64,000 nt of DNA from Clostridiales bacterium (GTDB lineage: Bacteria > Bacillota > Clostridia > TANB77 > SIG350): the NCBI GenBank assembly GCA_015056545.1, contig SVGE01000004.1, forward strand, positions 36,721 to 100,720. Direction: 5' to 3'. The notes beneath the pieces were generated by a model. That model had not been told where the DNA came from, made no database searches, and saw nothing but the letters and a program-made list of their open reading frames with translations. Made by a program: the position numbers and the translations under genes. Every line of letters begins with the position of its first letter. Positions within the stretch are counted from its first letter, which is position 1. Below, piece by piece: positions 60,281 through 64,000 of the stretch.

Positions 60281-60757
60281 TTAATTTATTTCATCTACAA
60301 CAATTGTTTGAAAATGATTTGATTTAATTAGATCCTTTAATTGAACTGGTAGAATTTTTATATTATCTAATTTATCTATATCTATCCATGTATATGTGCT
60401 TTTTCCAGAATCTTTATTTATGAAATTATTTTTTTGTGCAATTATATTATCATCATCTAATTTTATTCTAAAAACATAATATAATTCATGATATTTCGTT
60501 TCATCCATTGTGAAGAAATTTTCTATTATACTTATAAAATCTATTTTTTCTTTACTAATATCTATTTCTAATTCTTCATGTATTTCTCTAATAAGTGCTT
60601 GTTTTACTGTTTCTAATGTTTGTACTCTTCCACCTGGTATTACTGAGAAATCTATATTATATCCTCTTTCTAATAAAACTCTACCCTTATTTTCAAAAAT
60701 TACACCAACTCTAAAATTAAACTTCACTCCATCAATCATTACTGAAATATCTTTCAT
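60281..60757 (-). CDS. NUDIX hydrolase
   Basis: Nudix box GGRVQTLETVKQALIREIHEELEI. Confidence 0.8.
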   Translation of the reverse strand: MKDISVMIDGVKFNFRVGVIFENKGRVLLERGYNIDFSVIPGGRVQTLETVKQALIREIHEELEIDISKEKIDFISIIENFFTMDETKYHELYYVFRIKLDDDNIIAQKNNFINKDSGKSTYTWIDIDKLDNIKILPVQLKDLIKSNHFQTIVVDEIN

Positions 60758-60787
60758 AAAAATCTACCTCCCATACAATATTAATTA

Positions 60788-60958
60788 AATATACTATCAA
60801 AATCATTATTTTTTTCTTACTAAACTTAATTTTTCTAATACTTTATTGGTATTATTAAAATATCCAGTATATAAGGTATTATAATGAATAGATAATGTTT
60901 CACTGCAATAATATGGTTCAAGTGCATTAACTGAATATGGTAACTCAATCTTATTTTT
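60788..60958 (-). pseudogene. truncated Fe/Mn superoxide dismutase N-terminal fragment
   Basis: The 57-codon ORF MKNKIELPYSVNALEPYYCSETLSIHYNTLYTGYFNNTNKVLEK matches the SOD N-terminus (ELPY..ALEP...HH.KHH), but the metal-ligand His residues are replaced and it stops early. Confidence 0.6.
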
Positions 60959-61069
60959 CATAAAATCACCTCAAATATATTATCACATAAATAAGTAATT
61001 AGCAAATAGTAATCACCTTTTTAAGAAAAAAATAATGCTAACCTATTCTAGATTAACATTATCTCTATA

Positions 61070-61726
61070 TTATTCAAAATTCAAAGTATCTTCTTGATTT
61101 ATCTTTTCTATACTCTCCATATTGTAATATGTTGAAGGAACATCACCAATAATTACTACTTCACCAACTAAAATACTATTGCATGCAGTAGATTCTACTT
61201 GTTTTATAGGAGTAATTATTGTTATATATGCATTGATAACAATATATATCTTATGTATTGTTTGATTAATACCATTTTCAACAAACTCACTTTCAAAATC
61301 TATTTTAAAATCTGCAACTGGTAAAATATTTATTTTTATTTTAGGCCCAATATTAGCTAAAATATCACTTCCAAACATACTTCCTATTGGAAGATATACA
61401 TATTCTTCTGTCATATTATTCATTTTTTCTTGTAGAGAATTAGAAATATCATCTAACAATTCATTCATAATTGCAGTATCTACTTGTACCAATTTTATCA
61501 TTCCATTTTGGTCATTTTCTACATTAACTATATCTGTATATTTAATATCATCCATTTTATCATTAACAGCATCATTAGATATATTTATAGCAATTGTCTT
61601 TGCTTTATTTTCTAATAATGCATTAAATGTTGTTGATATATTTCTAGTTACTAAATACATAATTATTATTCCTATTATTATACATACAACTCCTATTATT
61701 TGTTTTAATTCAAATGTATTATTCAT
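61070..61726 (-). CDS. yunB: sporulation protein YunB
   Basis: N-terminal TM plus YLPIGSMFGSDILANIGPKIKI family motif. Confidence 0.7.
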   Translation of the reverse strand: MNNTFELKQIIGVVCIIIGIIIMYLVTRNISTTFNALLENKAKTIAINISNDAVNDKMDDIKYTDIVNVENDQNGMIKLVQVDTAIMNELLDDISNSLQEKMNNMTEEYVYLPIGSMFGSDILANIGPKIKINILPVADFKIDFESEFVENGINQTIHKIYIVINAYITIITPIKQVESTACNSILVGEVVIIGDVPSTYYNMESIEKINQEDTLNFE

Positions 61727-61813
61727 ATTATTATAATTTAGTTTTTTAATACTATATTTTCTTCTATGTGATACTTGAATTATTTTTTTTTTAGCGGAAA
61801 TCTCTCCATATTA

Positions 61814-63349
61814 TCACACTACTTTTTTAATAGCTTTTTTAGGAATAAACAATTGCTCACCTACTTTTAATTCATAACTATCTATATTAAATTCATTGTA
61901 CTTAGCAATTTCATCAATTGTTGTTAAAAATCTTTTTGCTATTTTCCATAATGTATCTCCTTGTTTTACATAGTAGATTGTAATACTATCTGTTTTCTTA
62001 TTTATTTCTTCTTGTTTAACAATATTAGTAATTGCGTTAAATTCACAATTTTGCTTAGCTATAATTTTAAAACATATATATACATTAAGCTCTAATTTAT
62101 TATTATTTAAATTATATTTACAATTTTGAACACTAGGTATAATTGTAAATGAATTAGAATTTCTAATTTGTTCATCTTCAAAAATATGTGTAAATGGAAC
62201 TGAGTAATTTTTTACAAATATTTTATTCATATTTTTACTCATTAATTCTACTTTTATTTCACCTTCAATATGAAGTTTATCATTTACTTTTTTATATTCA
62301 CATTTTACTACACTTGGCATAACTGAATATACTTCGCAATCAATATCTTCTAAAACAATGCATTCATTTACACATTCATTAAAATGTTTAGACATTGCTA
62401 TTTTATCTATACCAACTGTATTTTTGTCAAAAGAAATACCTCTTGTTAAACTATACATATCCTCAATAATGTCTATATTACTATTTTCAAAATTTTTAAC
62501 TAAAACAGAAACTTCGATATTTACACTTACATACTTATCATCACCATTTGTAATTAATTTAATATTTTTATTTAATATATTGTATTTTATATCTAATATA
62601 CTATTTTCTGTTATCCCTTGCATATCTATAAAACCTGTAAGAGGAATAGTTATGTTTTTTGTACAAATATTATTATTATTTGTTATTAATATTAGTGAAA
62701 TATTTGCATCAGCTTTTACTAATATTTTATTATAGCTTAACTTATATTCTTGATTAACTATTTTTACATTACTTTCTAAAAGCTCACAAACATCTTCTAT
62801 ATCTAAACATATTTCTTCATTTACAGATATTGTTTGTATTTCATTTCCTAGCATATTAGAAATTGGAATATTTCTATTTAAATATTGCATATCTGTTTCA
62901 TTTCTTACTCCTCCTACATAACTTATTTCTTGATTTGACTCTAATTCAATATTGCATTCTCCCATTAAAGTAATCATTACTTTTCTTTCATTAACAACTC
63001 TACATTCTATACTTTTTACACTAGGTTCAACATATTCTAATACATGTGAATATTCACTTGGTATTTCTACAGACTCATTTATTTCAATTTCAGTATTTAA
63101 TCCACGTATATCATTTGTTTCATTATCTGCCATATACATAATTTCAACATCTGCTGTACCATTTATTTTTAATATATTATTACTAATATTAGTTCTATTT
63201 ATATATATATTTGCATTTCTATGTAATACCTCCAAAATATCTGGCTTTATATCTGGCACAATTATATCTTGATTTAAAACAAACTCAAATTTATTAGAAT
63301 ATACCTTTCTGTTTACTTTAAAACTTTTATATTCAAAATCTCCTCCCAT
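61814..63349 (-). CDS. DUF3794-domain spore morphogenetic protein with C-terminal LysM (SipL/SpoVID-like)
   Basis: C-terminal LysM YYVKQGDTLWKIAKRF. 511 aa with repeated DUF3794-like segments. Confidence 0.6.
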   Translation of the reverse strand: MGGDFEYKSFKVNRKVYSNKFEFVLNQDIIVPDIKPDILEVLHRNANIYINRTNISNNILKINGTADVEIMYMADNETNDIRGLNTEIEINESVEIPSEYSHVLEYVEPSVKSIECRVVNERKVMITLMGECNIELESNQEISYVGGVRNETDMQYLNRNIPISNMLGNEIQTISVNEEICLDIEDVCELLESNVKIVNQEYKLSYNKILVKADANISLILITNNNNICTKNITIPLTGFIDMQGITENSILDIKYNILNKNIKLITNGDDKYVSVNIEVSVLVKNFENSNIDIIEDMYSLTRGISFDKNTVGIDKIAMSKHFNECVNECIVLEDIDCEVYSVMPSVVKCEYKKVNDKLHIEGEIKVELMSKNMNKIFVKNYSVPFTHIFEDEQIRNSNSFTIIPSVQNCKYNLNNNKLELNVYICFKIIAKQNCEFNAITNIVKQEEINKKTDSITIYYVKQGDTLWKIAKRFLTTIDEIAKYNEFNIDSYELKVGEQLFIPKKAIKKVV

Positions 63350-63437
63350 AATTATCCTCCTTTCAACTTATTTAATGTATATTCAATAAAACAAAAAAAA
63401 TTCCTTAATTTCTTAAGGAATTTAATAATTACTATAT

Positions 63438-63719
63438 TTAAAATATGTTTGCTGTATCTTGACCAAATAAATTATGATATTTATCTCCATCTGATACAGA
63501 TATTTCTACTGATTTAATTAATACATCAGTATAACTATAAGTAGCCTTTCTTGCTCCCTCTTCGTATTGGACAACAAAAAGATTTGGATAGGTATTAACT
63601 AGAGTTGCTTCTTGCTCAACAATTCTATTTCTTCCCAAATTACTTTTTAACATTATTTTTTGTCCTAAACAAGTTTCAATGTCCTTTTTTACTTGTGAAA
63701 CATCATTTTTATCAAACAT
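63438..63719 (-). CDS. veg: Veg protein
   Basis: 93 aa. LGQKIMLKSNLGRNRIVEQEATLVNTYPNLFVV matches Veg (DUF1021). Confidence 0.8.
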   Translation of the reverse strand: MFDKNDVSQVKKDIETCLGQKIMLKSNLGRNRIVEQEATLVNTYPNLFVVQYEEGARKATYSYTDVLIKSVEISVSDGDKYHNLFGQDTANIF

Positions 63720-63879
63720 ATGACCACCTCTTATTTACATTATGGCCCTATTATATCATAGCAATTTTCATTTGTCAAAAGAAATAACAAAAAGTCTAAA
63801 AATAAATTATTATGTAAATTGATTAATGATTAGAATAAAAAATAAAGGCAAATAGTTTTCTATTTACCTTCAATTTTTT

Positions 63880-64000
63880 ATTTTATTAAAATTTTAACTA
63901 AATCATTTTTATTAAACACTCTTTGAGTTTTAAATTCTCTTGCATATGCTAACTGTTCTAATTTCTCAGCTTCTCCTTCTAATACTTCAATTACAACATC
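63880..64000 (-). CDS. C-terminal end of an unidentified CDS running off the window
   Basis: Minus-strand ORF ...DVVIEVLEGEAEKLEQLAYAREFKTQRVFNKNDLVKILIK* with no start inside the window. Confidence 0.3.

Noticed and set aside
1-64000. CRISPR array or reverse transcriptase gene (sought to complete the DGR)
   Set aside because: No regularly spaced direct repeats were seen. No ORF translation contains a YxDD RT motif or an RT-like domain arrangement.

Overview
This is an AT-rich (~25-30% GC) low-GC Firmicutes (Clostridia-like) chromosomal segment. Most genes are on the minus strand and are housekeeping or sporulation genes. I can support rpsL (partial), an L7Ae-family gene, murF, dusB, rodA, tyrS, eda, kdgK, a TIGR03960-like radical SAM pair, rsmI, abrB-like, prfA, a cysK-family gene, spmAB, tadA, hslO, csp, tagA/csaB, rnc, pheST with a Phe T-box leader, a thyX-family gene, nudix hydrolases, yunB, a sipL-like gene, veg, and four tRNAs (Lys-CTT, Arg-CCT, Met-CAT, Leu-TAA). 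Against this background I see three accessory signals. (1) Two direct-repeat modules of ~2.3 kb (8.3-10.6 kb and 21.0-23.1 kb) each encode a pilin-like-anchored protein. The C-terminal ~117-nt segment of each gene is hypervariable, adenine-depleted and GC-rich, and is followed by a conserved GC-rich flank. This is the signature of diversity-generating-retroelement (DGR) variable regions in C-type-lectin-fold targets. Each module also carries a small MutS-domain-I-like ORF (intact in one copy, decayed in the other) and a length-variable poly-C tract upstream of the gene. No reverse transcriptase or template repeat is in the window. (2) A translationally coupled operon (31.2-38.2 kb) combines a frameshift-split VirB4-family ATPase with TadZ/CpaE-like, TadA/CpaF (VirB11 family) and TadB/C-like genes and a terminal PIN-domain gene. 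There is no pilin, prepilin peptidase, VirB6 or VirD4, and it is flanked by a tandem array of three Uma2 (DUF820) nuclease domains. (3) A radical SAM/SPASM gene is start/stop-overlapped with a membrane protein whose cytoplasmic tail is a His/Cys-rich (CA)n low-complexity stretch encoded by a GC-rich microsatellite. Smaller observations include a candidate sRNA next to tadA, an attenuator-like leader on the cysK-family gene, a tyrS leader without a T-box, a decayed SOD fragment, and an sdpRI-like pair.
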